NCBI GenBank assembly: GCA_024181965.1
Contig: BQXS01012759.1
Coordinates: forward strand, 1 to 33,928
Length of the DNA: 33,928 nucleotides
Reading direction: 5' to 3'
Origin: Aduncisulcus paluster
Lineage: Eukaryota
Part shown: in pieces, positions 1 through 10,292 of the stretch
How positions within the stretch are numbered: position 1 is the first letter of the stretch
Layout: each line of letters starts with the position of its first letter
Made by a program: the position numbers and the translations under genes
Notes under the pieces: model-generated
Databases searched by the model: none
Seen by the model: only the letters and a program-made list of their open reading frames with translations
Told to the model about the DNA's origin: nothing

Positions 1-951
1 GGATGAATCTCCATCAGCAAGGATGCACATGTGATACTCATCACTAATGGTTGGACATTGGTATGTCGTATCTTCAATGTCACAAGAATAAGTGGCCTCA
101 TTGTAATAATACCCATCCTCACACTCGGCTGCGTAACGACCAGGATATACCTCATTGCAGACCAAGTGATCGTCCTCAGAGAGATACATGGAACATTCTT
201 CAGAGAAACCATAGCCAAGGACAGACTGGAAGGAAACACACAGAACAGCCAAGAATATGAGCATGGAAGGAATAGAGTTCATTCTATTCCCAGTAGTAAG
301 CATAGTAGAAATAATAGAAACAACAAGAAGAGTGATGGAGAGAGCAGCAATGAGGAGAAGACCAAGGGGATGTGGCTGCAAAAAAGAATGGTCCTCTGAG
401 AGTGGCATGGTGGGACAAGAAAGAATGTCGATGCTATGGGCAAGATCATTGGAGATCTCACGGGCAAGGTTATAACTGTTCGGATGGCCTGCTATATCAT
501 ATCCACGAACAAAAGCAGAGGAACAGGTAGAACAAAGACGACAATAAGAAGAACACGGGGATTGATGGGCATTGTGAGGTGATAGACTATTACTCGTGGA
601 CTCAGACAATGAAATGATCAGACCCGAACTGTCAGAAGAGAAAGATGGCAACATCATGGAATAGGACGAAATGAAACAATCACTGCAATTCATGGAGATA
701 GTAATATCTGAGACACGTCCAAAGGTATCTCCAACATTTCTGTCAACAGTATAACCAAGGAATTCAGAAGGATGGTGGGCATAAAGGGTGGGATTGGAGT
801 TGCCGAAAAATAATAAACAGGACAATGCCAATACCAAGAACGGTAAAATGAAATAATCCAACAGGATTCTCAAAATACCTTCAGAATGGTTCAATACGGG
901 GAGATGAAAAGTGTCCCACATAGAAAAATCTTGAAACGGATTTTGTTTCAT
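1..951 (-). CDS. 5' part of a giant Cys-rich LRR/EGF surface protein paralogue; runs off the left edge and is absent from the ORF track
   Basis: Hand translation from ATG at 951-949 stays open to base 1 (317 codons): MKQNPFQDFS...HPLGLLLIAALSITLLVVSIISTM...MLIFLAVLCVSFQSVLGYGFSEECSMYLSEDDHLVCNEVYPGRYAAECEDGYYY...ADGDSS. Bases 1-236 are the reverse complement of 18476-18711 with 4 mismatches. The start codon is uncertain. Confidence 0.85.
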   Translation of the reverse strand, partial: MKQNPFQDFSMWDTFHLPVLNHSEGILRILLDYFILPFLVLALSCLLFFGNSNPTLYAHHPSEFLGYTVDRNVGDTFGRVSDITISMNCSDCFISSYSMMLPSFSSDSSGLIISLSESTSNSLSPHNAHQSPCSSYCRLCSTCSSAFVRGYDIAGHPNSYNLAREISNDLAHSIDILSCPTMPLSEDHSFLQPHPLGLLLIAALSITLLVVSIISTMLTTGNRMNSIPSMLIFLAVLCVSFQSVLGYGFSEECSMYLSEDDHLVCNEVYPGRYAAECEDGYYYNEATYSCDIEDTTYQCPTISDEYHMCILADGDSS

Positions 952-1376
952 TGAAGTAGATATATAATTGCTTTAAATAGTCGATATTTTCAAAATAGGT
1001 TGAATTATACCCTTAGAGCGTCGGGGAAATGGATCAGTTTGAAATTGGCAAGAAATGAGATGATTACAAATATAAATGTTCGAAAATATTCAATAAAAAG
1101 GAATGGTATTTTCTAATATTCGAATTTTATTTTCCCNNNNNNNNNNNNNNNNNNNNCACATAGAAAAATCTTGAAACGGATTTTGTTTCATTGAAGTAGA
1201 TATATAATTGCTTTAAATAGTCGATATTTTCAAAATAGGTTGAATTATACCCTTAGAGCGTCGGGGAAATGGATCAGTTTGAAATTGGCAAGAAATGAGA
1301 TGATTACAAATATAAATGTTCGAAAATATTCAATAAAAAGGAATGGTATTTTCTAATATTCGAATTTTATTTTCCC
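917..1376. other. Scaffold gap (N 1137-1156) with overlap duplication, 917-1136 = 1157-1376
   Basis: An identical 220-bp sequence lies on both sides of a 20-N gap. Confidence 0.9.
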
Positions 1377-1567
1377 AACATAATTAATATTGGAGTTTTT
1401 TGTTTTTGTCTTTTTGTTACGGGGTAAATTTAAATTTTCTCACCTTTTCCCCTTTGAATTATCCGACAATCCTTTCCAAAGATAACATTTTTGTCCTAAA
1501 ATTGGGTTTTATATTGAAAAATTTGAATTCAGATGTTGTAATATATATTTTAATAAAAAACTATCAA

Positions 1568-1638
1568 GCGCCGATAGTCTAGGGGTATGATACTTCCCTG
1601 CCACGGAAGAGGCCCGGGTTCAAATCCCGGTCGGCGCA
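1568..1638 (+). tRNA. tRNA-Gly (GCC)
   Basis: Acceptor stem GCGCCGA/TCGGCGC plus discriminator A; anticodon arm CTTCC-CT GCC AC-GGAAG (anticodon 1600-1602); T arm CCGGG-TTCAAAT-CCCGG; 71 nt, no intron. Confidence 0.97.
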
Positions 1639-1640
1639 AA

Positions 1641-1655
1641 TTTTTTTTTTTTTTT
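1641..1655 (+). terminator. RNA polymerase III oligo-T terminator of the tRNA
   Basis: T15 run starting 3 nt after the discriminator base. Confidence 0.85.
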
Positions 1656-2170
1656 GATACAATTGTAGTGGTGTAAGGTGTGGGTTAATGATACCCTATT
1701 GGATATAGCGCACAAATTTACTGAATATAATACACTCATATCGAGTTCCGGCAATGTTCCATATGCCACATAAGGGTCACCATATCTGGACTCCAGATGA
1801 TATTCGGGCCGAATAGGCCTTTTATGGTATAGAGGTCAAACCACAACAATTCCAACATTGTTTATACATGTTGTGGCATAAGATATGCCGAAATATACAA
1901 TGATGATATTTGAATCAATAATTTGGCTCACCATTAGATATTTCAAATATCTAATAAGTTATTAGGTTGTTAGACCACACATGTCAGGAAACGAGTTTAT
2001 AAAGCAAATTTATTAATTAGCTCAATAAAGAATGATATTACCTCGCTTTATTTATCTCATTGTGTTTCGACAAGTCTGTTTTTATATTCTCGTCGATTTG
2101 AAAGAGATCCAAAGTTAGTTTAGGCTGATTTAAATTTGTATATTACATATAAACATTTTATCTTTTACAT

Positions 2171-5100
2171 ATGATGAAAAAACTCTCATCTTTAGCAAGG
2201 ACCCAATATTGCTATCTCCACGCTTTTCCTGATGTGAAAATATCAACCAATAGCAATTCCATTGAAATTCAAGGGGTAAAATACCCGAAAAATGTTATCC
2301 AAACAATCAGTACCGGAGATTCTATTTCTCTTGACACAAAGCTTCATATCTCTCGTTCTGTTTTATCTGACATTACTGATGGATATCATCACACATTATT
2401 CCTTCCTGTGTATAATGATGAAGATAATTTAGATTTAATTCTCCCTCAAATATCCTTTGAAGAAGAAGAGTCTGGAATTTTCCCATTTATTTGTAGAAAT
2501 CTATTTAAATTTATCACCATTTCCGATAACCATGAAAAAGAGGAGTACCTATTACCATCAAAAAAGAGCTCATCCAGTGTAAATGTTTCTGTTCTTGAAA
2601 GTCTAACTCCTCGAGGCAAATCAACCGATAATTCTGATTTCCCCGTATATTCGTCACATTTGTCCACTACTAAGTCCTCATCCAATCTTCATAAGAGCCA
2701 TTTCATCCAGGTTTCATGCTCAGTTATCCTCGACAATGCTGTTGAAATTGATCCGTTGGCTCCATCATTCTATTTTGATCCAGAGTCAAAACCACAGCCT
2801 CACACACCTTCTGACGATGTGTTAGCCCAGCCCTCTCGTGTAAGTGTGCGTAATTACATTGAACTTCTTCATTTATTATCCCTTGCCGAAAAAAATGTAA
2901 AAATAGTCGTGGACAGCATCAAACGAAAGCAATCCGACCATGTAGACTTGCTTCCCATGAGTAGTGAGCGCGAAGAAAAGAAATCAGATGAAGAAGAAGA
3001 TGAAAGTTCTCGTACATCCTCATCAAAGCATGTCAGTCATGCAGAAAATCCTCATGCCTCTGGAATTTCAATTGTTACTCTCGATCTATTTTTAGAAACA
3101 AAGAATTATCTTGACCAAACGACAACCAATGGTCAATTCCGTTGTGTTCTTTGGAATGTATCTGAGTCTGGCATCCAGAGAAAAGATGATACGTTTAGCT
3201 CCAACCCTCTTTCCTGCTCTTCTGCATCTTATATTAGCCCACGAACGAGTGATAGTTCCAGAAAAGGATCCTCTGGTGGTATTCATACGTCTAGTCCACT
3301 TGCCCGCATGTCCGAGACTTCTTCTTCTCTCCCTGCATGTGGTTCTTCTTCCTCCATTCAAGCAAGTCTATTTCCTTCGATTATCGAGATTGTAGAAGCC
3401 CTATTGTCCTCTCCGCCAGCAGTTCGGACATCCTCTTCGTCTCTCTCTCTCTTCTCAATGTATCATCTTGGGTGGAAGATCTGTGAACTCATAAAGGAGG
3501 AGAGTGTTATGAGTATCTGTGCATGTTTACGAGGAACAGAGGAAGAAGAAGAGGAAGAAGGAGGAAGAGGGGATGATTATGGTGTTGATAAGCAATTAAA
3601 AGATCGGAATGGAGAAGAAGAGACAGAAAAGGCCGATAACACTGCAAACCAAGTCAGTATGATCAACCATTCATTGGTTAGCCTTGCTCTGCATGCAGCT
3701 TCACGGCCATCAGCCTCCGTAGCATCACCATCTCCTCACACCATTGGAATTTACCCCTGTATTCTACCTTTCAATAGAGTAATACTTCAAGGCTTCAAAC
3801 AATGGAGTCAGATGGAACAAGAAGAACATAGCGACTGTAAAGGAAGAGATAAGAATCTGGACAAGGATTCCATTCCGAAGAGAGATATGAAGAAAGAAAG
3901 GAAAGAAAAAGATTCAATTGTGGATAAGCATCCTTCTATTTCTGAACAGAGACCATCAAAGTCGAAAGACAAACCCATCAAGATACAACCTCATGAAGTT
4001 GACACTGAACACAATGATATTTCTATATTTAGATTCAAATCTATTGATGAAATTGATCGAGTCGTATCCACTGTCACCCATAAAGGTCAGTCAGATTCCA
4101 GTGGAAAGACAAGCAATGGGGATGATTCAGATGCCCATTCTTCAAGTTCTTTGCTTATGCACCCATCACAGGCATTTATTGCTTCCATGAGTGCCGTGAG
4201 AAAATCCACATCAAGCCCTGTTCGTTGTGTTGGCCAATCCCACCTTGTCGTACTAAGAGAAGTGTGGAGAGAGAGAAGAGAAAGCTTGCGTGAACAGTTA
4301 GGGATCTTACAGCTGCAAGTAGAGGAATATCTTGAGAAAATACAAGACTTTGAAGCCAAGGAGAGGGATAGAGAGAAAGAAATGCTTGAACACGCAGCTT
4401 TATTGCCTCAATTGGATGAAATTAGACAAGAAATAGGACTTGGAACAACTCAACCAACCACATCAGGAAGTTCTCCTTCTTTGAGTGACGATTCTTTCAT
4501 TGCTTCTGGAGTCTCCTCCTCCTCTTCATCATCATCTCAAAGATACGGTTCTTTTCCTTCAACTGCATCTCCTTCTTCTTTCACATCTGCCACTCTCAAA
4601 CAACTCTTACACCGATTGCACGATGCTGAAACTCGGTGTGCCATTTTAACTCATAAACATCGGAATAAGATGGCGTGGCTTTCTCAACTAAGGGATATTC
4701 CGGTGTCTTCAAGTCCTCGCACAGTCATCAACAGCGAAGTGAATCCACGGACTATCAAGACATGCCTCCTTCTAGGGGACATTCCTTACTCGTTGCATCC
4801 TGGTGCTAATATGACTGGTGATGATATGGGAGAGCTCGATGCTCTGGATATCGCTGATGTCGTGTCTGGGTTGTTATGGACAATAGAACACTATAAGTGG
4901 GAATTGAAGAGAATCAAGTCTGACAGAGAGCTTGAAGAAGAGAGGTGGACTGGAGAGATGTCTGAAATGAGTGCTGAAATCGATGTGCTTAAATCAATAG
5001 TGAAAGATCTGAGAGCATCTCATGCTATAGAGACATATGATCGAACCAAGTATGAAGGTCGTGCTTCATCATTAAGTGCCGTGAATAAGAAACAATCTGA

Positions 5101-6073
5101 GACAATTATATCCCTTTCACAACGTTGCAAAGAACTTGAAACAACGAACATCCACTTATCAACACAATTGGCTGCTCTAGCTGCTCGTCACTCCTCAGAA
5201 GTGTCTATTTATAGAGCACAAGCTGAAAAATTCCACGATCAGTGCAACAAACTCCAGAATGATCTAAAAATACTCAGGAGTGAGAAGAAAGAGGAAGCAA
5301 AAGCACATTTTGAAGAGATTACAAGAATACATTCAACCCATGCCCAATCTATCTCCAAACAGCGCAAGGATGCTCTTGTTGCAAAAGCTAAGCTTCGTCA
5401 AGAGAAGGAAACCTATGAACACGAATTACGGTGCTTATCAATGACCCTTGAAACCATCGAGAATGATCGAAATGACGCCAAACTTCTCATCACTCGCCTT
5501 CAATCGCGTCTTGAAGAAGAGAGAAGAGGAAAGAGCGATCTGAAAGCTGAAATGCGAGCAAAGGAGGGAGTTGTTGGCACACTGGTGGACAGACTTTCCC
5601 GAGTAGAGATTATCGAGCAAGAAGAAGAGAGGAAACGCAAAGAGGAGAAAGGAGATTCCATGATAAAGATCGTTGAGCTTGAAGGAAAACTTGACACAAT
5701 GTCAATGAGAAACTTAAAGCTCAATTCTGAGAAAGAAAATCTCAATGAACAACTTTCAGAGGCGAATGATCTTATTTCTGCCCTGAAAGATGAGATTAAA
5801 GCCGAACGAAAGGAATTCGAAGAGAAAGAGAGTGTTTTATTGAGGAGAATTGCAGATTTGGAACGCTCAGATGGAGAGTACGAAATGATATTGAAAGCTC
5901 TTGAAAATGAAAAAGATGCAAATCCGAGTCGTTTCTCATTTACTTCTTCACCTCCCCCAATGCCTTTGGAAGCTAGAATGGAGGAAGATGTTACTCCTGT
6001 TCCTAATTATAGGACAATTGAGAAAGAATCGACTCCAATTCCTTATTCGAAAACCGTTCATCTTGGATCTTGA
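2171..6073 (+). CDS. Hypothetical 1300-aa protein with Ser-rich/acidic low-complexity middle and long C-terminal coiled coil
   Basis: Uninterrupted ORF with ATG start. Heptad-like E/K/L/R-rich region from about aa 700 to 1250. No family motif recognised. Confidence 0.85.
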   Translation: MMKKLSSLARTQYCYLHAFPDVKISTNSNSIEIQGVKYPKNVIQTISTGDSISLDTKLHISRSVLSDITDGYHHTLFLPVYNDEDNLDLILPQISFEEEESGIFPFICRNLFKFITISDNHEKEEYLLPSKKSSSSVNVSVLESLTPRGKSTDNSDFPVYSSHLSTTKSSSNLHKSHFIQVSCSVILDNAVEIDPLAPSFYFDPESKPQPHTPSDDVLAQPSRVSVRNYIELLHLLSLAEKNVKIVVDSIKRKQSDHVDLLPMSSEREEKKSDEEEDESSRTSSSKHVSHAENPHASGISIVTLDLFLETKNYLDQTTTNGQFRCVLWNVSESGIQRKDDTFSSNPLSCSSASYISPRTSDSSRKGSSGGIHTSSPLARMSETSSSLPACGSSSSIQASLFPSIIEIVEALLSSPPAVRTSSSSLSLFSMYHLGWKICELIKEESVMSICACLRGTEEEEEEEGGRGDDYGVDKQLKDRNGEEETEKADNTANQVSMINHSLVSLALHAASRPSASVASPSPHTIGIYPCILPFNRVILQGFKQWSQMEQEEHSDCKGRDKNLDKDSIPKRDMKKERKEKDSIVDKHPSISEQRPSKSKDKPIKIQPHEVDTEHNDISIFRFKSIDEIDRVVSTVTHKGQSDSSGKTSNGDDSDAHSSSSLLMHPSQAFIASMSAVRKSTSSPVRCVGQSHLVVLREVWRERRESLREQLGILQLQVEEYLEKIQDFEAKERDREKEMLEHAALLPQLDEIRQEIGLGTTQPTTSGSSPSLSDDSFIASGVSSSSSSSSQRYGSFPSTASPSSFTSATLKQLLHRLHDAETRCAILTHKHRNKMAWLSQLRDIPVSSSPRTVINSEVNPRTIKTCLLLGDIPYSLHPGANMTGDDMGELDALDIADVVSGLLWTIEHYKWELKRIKSDRELEEERWTGEMSEMSAEIDVLKSIVKDLRASHAIETYDRTKYEGRASSLSAVNKKQSETIISLSQRCKELETTNIHLSTQLAALAARHSSEVSIYRAQAEKFHDQCNKLQNDLKILRSEKKEEAKAHFEEITRIHSTHAQSISKQRKDALVAKAKLRQEKETYEHELRCLSMTLETIENDRNDAKLLITRLQSRLEEERRGKSDLKAEMRAKEGVVGTLVDRLSRVEIIEQEEERKRKEEKGDSMIKIVELEGKLDTMSMRNLKLNSEKENLNEQLSEANDLISALKDEIKAERKEFEEKESVLLRRIADLERSDGEYEMILKALENEKDANPSRFSFTSSPPPMPLEARMEEDVTPVPNYRTIEKESTPIPYSKTVHLGS

Positions 6074-6629
6074 ATTTCTTTTGACTTGTTTTTTTTATAT
6101 ATAATTATTGTTTACAATGCAAATTATACTTAATATTCTTTTTTTCTTTATATATTTATATTGGATAATACAAATTGGTGAATATATTTCTTCCTTCAGA
6201 TAGCCTGGATGTCATGGTACCATAAGTTGGCGCACATATAGGTGGATCTTTTCTATTATTACGCATACCAAATTGAAAAATATGTGGGTTTTTTGTTGGG
6301 AATTCGAAAGAAAAAGCAGTAAACGAGAACAAAAATTCTGCATGAAGAAAGTTGATGCTACTAATTCTACTACGGACTAAACCGTTATTTTGTTTTTATT
6401 TTTATTTATATTTATATTTTTCCTTGACTAGATAGCTGATTTTACAGTAATAAACGATATATGAAAGTGTCATTTTTTGTCTTTTCAAATTTTCTGTAAT
6501 TGATATAACATTCAGAAAATAAATCAATATCTCAAATGGGCAATCTGCTCTATTTTATTTATCACGTTAATATTTTTCTTGTTTGTGACTCGAACGTAGA
6601 TTCGGAAGTTTTTTTTTTGTTTTTTTTCG

Positions 6630-6945
6630 CATTGCCGAAGTTTTCCTCAAAAAATACGGGGTTTTCTTGGGCAACTGTCGCAAGTTCTTTGTCAATTCTG
6701 TGTGTAGAGTGTCAACTTCAAGTTGATATTATTGGAGTTGACCTTCCAATAGATCTCCCTACCTGACGTTTCGGATGGACACCCCGGTTAAAAAACACAT
6801 TTTCAGGTGGGAGATTTATTGGGAGGCTCTTATAACCTTGATCTTGACTTTGAACTAATTTTTACACCTGGCTCTTGATAGCCTACTTGTAGGTGGTCGG
6901 GCTATGGTGGATTTGGCAATATTTTGCCAAATCGAAACCGCAGAA
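6630..6945 (+). ncRNA. Candidate structured non-coding RNA, family unknown
   Basis: GC-richer island in an AT-rich intergenic region. A 24-bp helix (6742-6766 with 6803-6826) has 2 G-U pairs and one bulge, extends outward in further helices and is flanked by hairpins. Confidence 0.5.
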
Positions 6946-7963
6946 ATATAAATTTCTGTTTAAATAATTAAAATCCATATTAAACAATAATTCACAACTA
7001 TTGATATTCGATATAATACATTTTCCAAGAAAACACTAAATACACAACAACGGGCGGTTACACATGATTATTGAAATTTTACATTTATATTATGGGAATT
7101 TACTAAATAAAATTCTTCACCATCAATATTATTGACGTTCATATGCAATAGAAATTGTGAAATGAAAACACTTAGATAATACCTACGAACAAAAGGAAAT
7201 AGAAAATAAATAAATAAAAAAATTCAATTCTGAAAATCATAGAATAAAACATGAAGTAAGTTCGAAAGCTATCCTTGCTATATTAAATCAAAGATGAACA
7301 CCCACTTCATTTATCACCAAACAGATGAAAAAAGGGAAATAGTAGAAATAATAAAAATATAAAACTTAATAAAAAAATAAAAAACCGAACAGGAAAGAAG
7401 CGTATATTCACAGAACACAGACAATCGATGGATTGAAATGTATTTTGAAACTAGAAAAAGACAAGTGAAGCAGAAATTTGCAAAAAAATGATAAAAATAA
7501 CAATTAATAAAAAAATATAAATTAAGAAACATTCATTTTTCTCTAAAGCTAAGTTCTGTAGAGGAAAAGAAAACGAAGTTAGTGATAATTTTTTTCTTTT
7601 TAATAGCAATCCCACATAAGTAAAACATTTGCAAAAATGGGAGTAATTTGAAAGCAAAACTAGGCGGATCTATTTTTAGTGATTTTTATAAAGTGATACA
7701 AATCTATATTTAGAAATTTGAAAATGATGGAGACATTCAAGAGATTATGAGTTATCCAACAACAATTACTTTTGGAATAATAATAATAATAATAAAAAAA
7801 AAAAAAAAAAAAAACACATAATTTTGTAGTTCTAAAATAACGAAAATAAACTACAAAAAATCAAAACAACCAATAAGAAGTAACTAAGTGACAAGAATAT
7901 CTTGAAATACGTCAGAATATGAGTCGATAGAATGTCATTTCTTTTGTAATCATATCATACAAT

Positions 7964-9571
7964 TCATACAAAACCTAACTGCCTCCCGGAACTCTCAGAT
8001 TGGCTTCCTCGCCGTAGACGACTCTCACTCCCCTTCCTGCTCTTCTTATAATGTCCGTGGGAGTCAACACTAGACCTGGAATGTGAGGAGGAGGAATGTG
8101 AGGAGGAGGAAGAGGATGAGGAGGAATGGCGGGAAGAGCTTCTGTGCAACGAGTGCGTAGACCCATGAGCAGACCCATGAGCAGACCCATGAGAGAGCCG
8201 AGAGGAGGCGTGTGAGGAGGCACGGGAAGAGGCATGGGAAGAAGCATGGGAAGAGGCGTGAGAGGAAGTGTCGGAATAAGCATCAGATTGGGAAGAACTA
8301 CCAGATCCAACAGCCTTACGAGTCTGCTTCCTCCGTCTGGCAGCAGCTTTCTTTGAAGCATCTTGTTTACGCTTACTGATTGTCGTATAAAGGGTGCTTC
8401 TGTACTTCTGAATACTGAATTTGCTTCCATCATCAAGTCCAAGGTGAATAGGAATAGAATGGGTTGGGAAGGGCTGAACTTCTTTGGTGAAATCAGCAAT
8501 ACCGGATTCAGCGCCTTCTCCACGAGCAAAAACAGCCACGTAAGGGTGCTCCAAGGCCTCAAATGCAGAGATCCTATTCTTAGGAGAAAAGGCAAGCATC
8601 CGAGCAAGTAGATCAAGAGCATCTTCAGAGGCAGTGGGAATAGCAACAGATAATCTCCTCACAAGGGATTTAGAGGGGCAAGACTTCCCCAATACCTTGT
8701 CAATATTAGGGTGTTTAGTAATGGAGGATATTTTGGACACTCCAGAGGAAGCAGACATCATAGAGGGACGAGGAAGGGCTTCTAACATAGTACTGGCAAA
8801 AGGGGAACCAATATCATGGATGTCATCGTCTGAAGGGAATCCACATATATTAATGATACGAGTCAGCTGATTCAAGGTGCTGCTTCCAGGGAAAAGAGGT
8901 TTTCCAAGCAGTAACTCAGCAAATACACACCCTAATGACCAAATATCAACACCTTCAGTGTATGTAGCAGCTCCAAGTAAGATCTCAGGGGCACGGTACC
9001 AACGAGTTGCAATATAATCGGTTAACAACGGAGCAGGCCCTGCAGTATCAGAAGGACCTTGAGTAGAATGTGGCCCAGTAACATGGGGAGCAATAGATCT
9101 TGCTAAACCGAAATCACCCAACTTGACAAGACAATCAGCATTAATCAACAGGTTACTCGGTTTTAAATCACGATGAAGTAACTTTCCACTATGAATATAA
9201 GCCAACGAAAGGAGAATCTGATATATAATATATTGTTTATGAATGCTCTCAAGAATATTTGACCGAATAACCGCATGAAGATCGGTAGGAGCAAATTCAA
9301 ATACTAAAAAAATATCTCTATCATTTTCGGCTTTAATAACATTGATTAATTTGATAATATTGACATGGTTTAGTTCCAGCAAATACATGATTTCTCGATA
9401 AGTTCTTTGAGCATCAGTCACATTCTGAAAACCATCAATTATACGTTTAATAGCCACAGGTTCTTCTGTTTTGCGGTCCAAAGCCTTATAGACGACTCCA
9501 TAAGCCCCTTTACCGACTTTATGTAAAATAGTGTACCTTTTTAGAACTTGGCGGTCAAATTCTTCGCTCAT
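7964..9571 (-). CDS. MAPK15: MAP kinase, ERK7/MAPK15 subfamily, with Ser/His-rich C-terminal tail
   Basis: GKGAYG, VAIK, HRDLKPSN, DFG and TDY activation motif followed by IATRWYRAPEILLG. DAQRTYREI and VIKAENDRDIFLVFE are characteristic of ERK7/8. Confidence 0.92.
   Translation of the reverse strand: MSEEFDRQVLKRYTILHKVGKGAYGVVYKALDRKTEEPVAIKRIIDGFQNVTDAQRTYREIMYLLELNHVNIIKLINVIKAENDRDIFLVFEFAPTDLHAVIRSNILESIHKQYIIYQILLSLAYIHSGKLLHRDLKPSNLLINADCLVKLGDFGLARSIAPHVTGPHSTQGPSDTAGPAPLLTDYIATRWYRAPEILLGAATYTEGVDIWSLGCVFAELLLGKPLFPGSSTLNQLTRIINICGFPSDDDIHDIGSPFASTMLEALPRPSMMSASSGVSKISSITKHPNIDKVLGKSCPSKSLVRRLSVAIPTASEDALDLLARMLAFSPKNRISAFEALEHPYVAVFARGEGAESGIADFTKEVQPFPTHSIPIHLGLDDGSKFSIQKYRSTLYTTISKRKQDASKKAAARRRKQTRKAVGSGSSSQSDAYSDTSSHASSHASSHASSRASSHASSRLSHGSAHGSAHGSTHSLHRSSSRHSSSSSSSSSHSSSSHSRSSVDSHGHYKKSRKGSESRLRRGSQSESSGRQLGFV
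8080..8270 (-). repeat. Coding 12-15 bp tandem repeats (SSHA, HGSA, SSSSH) in the kinase tail
   Basis: Repeated GAGCAGACCCAT, GGAAGAGGCATG-like and GAGGAGGAATGT units on the + strand. Confidence 0.8.
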
Positions 9572-10292
9572 TTAAAAGTTCAAAAGGTTGAAAAAGATTG
9601 GAACAACTTGAAAAAAAATTTAGAGGCAACTGAGATGTAGCAAAGAAAAAATATGAAAAGCAATGTTAAACTGAAGGCAAAATGACCATGAACAACATAA
9701 TAGTATTGCTTCATAAAGCATACTATATTTCTAAATTAATTTATTTCTTATTTTTGTTCCCAATTCAAGTTGATGGCCGGGAATTCAATTTCTCAAAATG
9801 AAAAATCTCGTTGGATCGGAATAGAATTCGGAAAAAACCACATAAAAAATGAATAAACTATCAACAATAGAATCAAGTTTTCCGAACCATATTCATTTTT
9901 CTTCATGCATTTCCAAGGTTCATGAAGATGAACATCGGATTCGATTTGCGGTGTTGAATCATTGATAAAATCATTAAAAATCCAAAAAAAATACCAAAAA
10001 TAATATAATTAGAAACAGTAGATTCACATATATCATATAATGATTCAAATAAATCGATAGCCCACAACGTATAGGCAGTTCTGAAACAATCACAATTGAA
10101 AGAGGGTGGCAAAGTTTAAATCCTAGATAATGACCATTAGAGAAATGTTTGAATAAATTAAGATGACAATTATCCTTGTCTTTGTCCAGTTAATGATTTA
10201 TTCTCAATATCTATATTTGGATTTTTTCCGATTTGCTTAACTTGCATTCCTTTGGCTCGTTTTAAGATTATATAGACCTGATCTAATTGAAA

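Noticed and set aside
31-475. Short + strand ORFs at the left edge
   Set aside because: They are antisense to the real minus-strand gene at 951-1.
1816-1826. GCCTTTTAT resembling U5 snRNA loop I
   Set aside because: There is no flanking stem to present it as an 11-nt loop. It pairs within a hairpin instead.
6757-6763. CCCTACC as a telomerase template for Giardia-type TAGGG repeats
   Set aside because: It is buried in the strongest helix, and the telomere repeat of this organism cannot be seen here.
7906-7960. Possible box C/D snoRNA on the minus strand after the MAPK stop
   Set aside because: Box C is imperfect (ATGATTA), the terminal stem is weak, and I could not identify an rRNA target.
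9903-10112. 69-aa hydrophobic ORF between MAPK15 and RPS14, and similar F/I/L-rich ORFs at 1400, 6536, 7314, 7451, 16396 and 17048
   Set aside because: Their composition follows T-rich intergenic DNA, several have non-ATG starts, and none has a recognisable motif.
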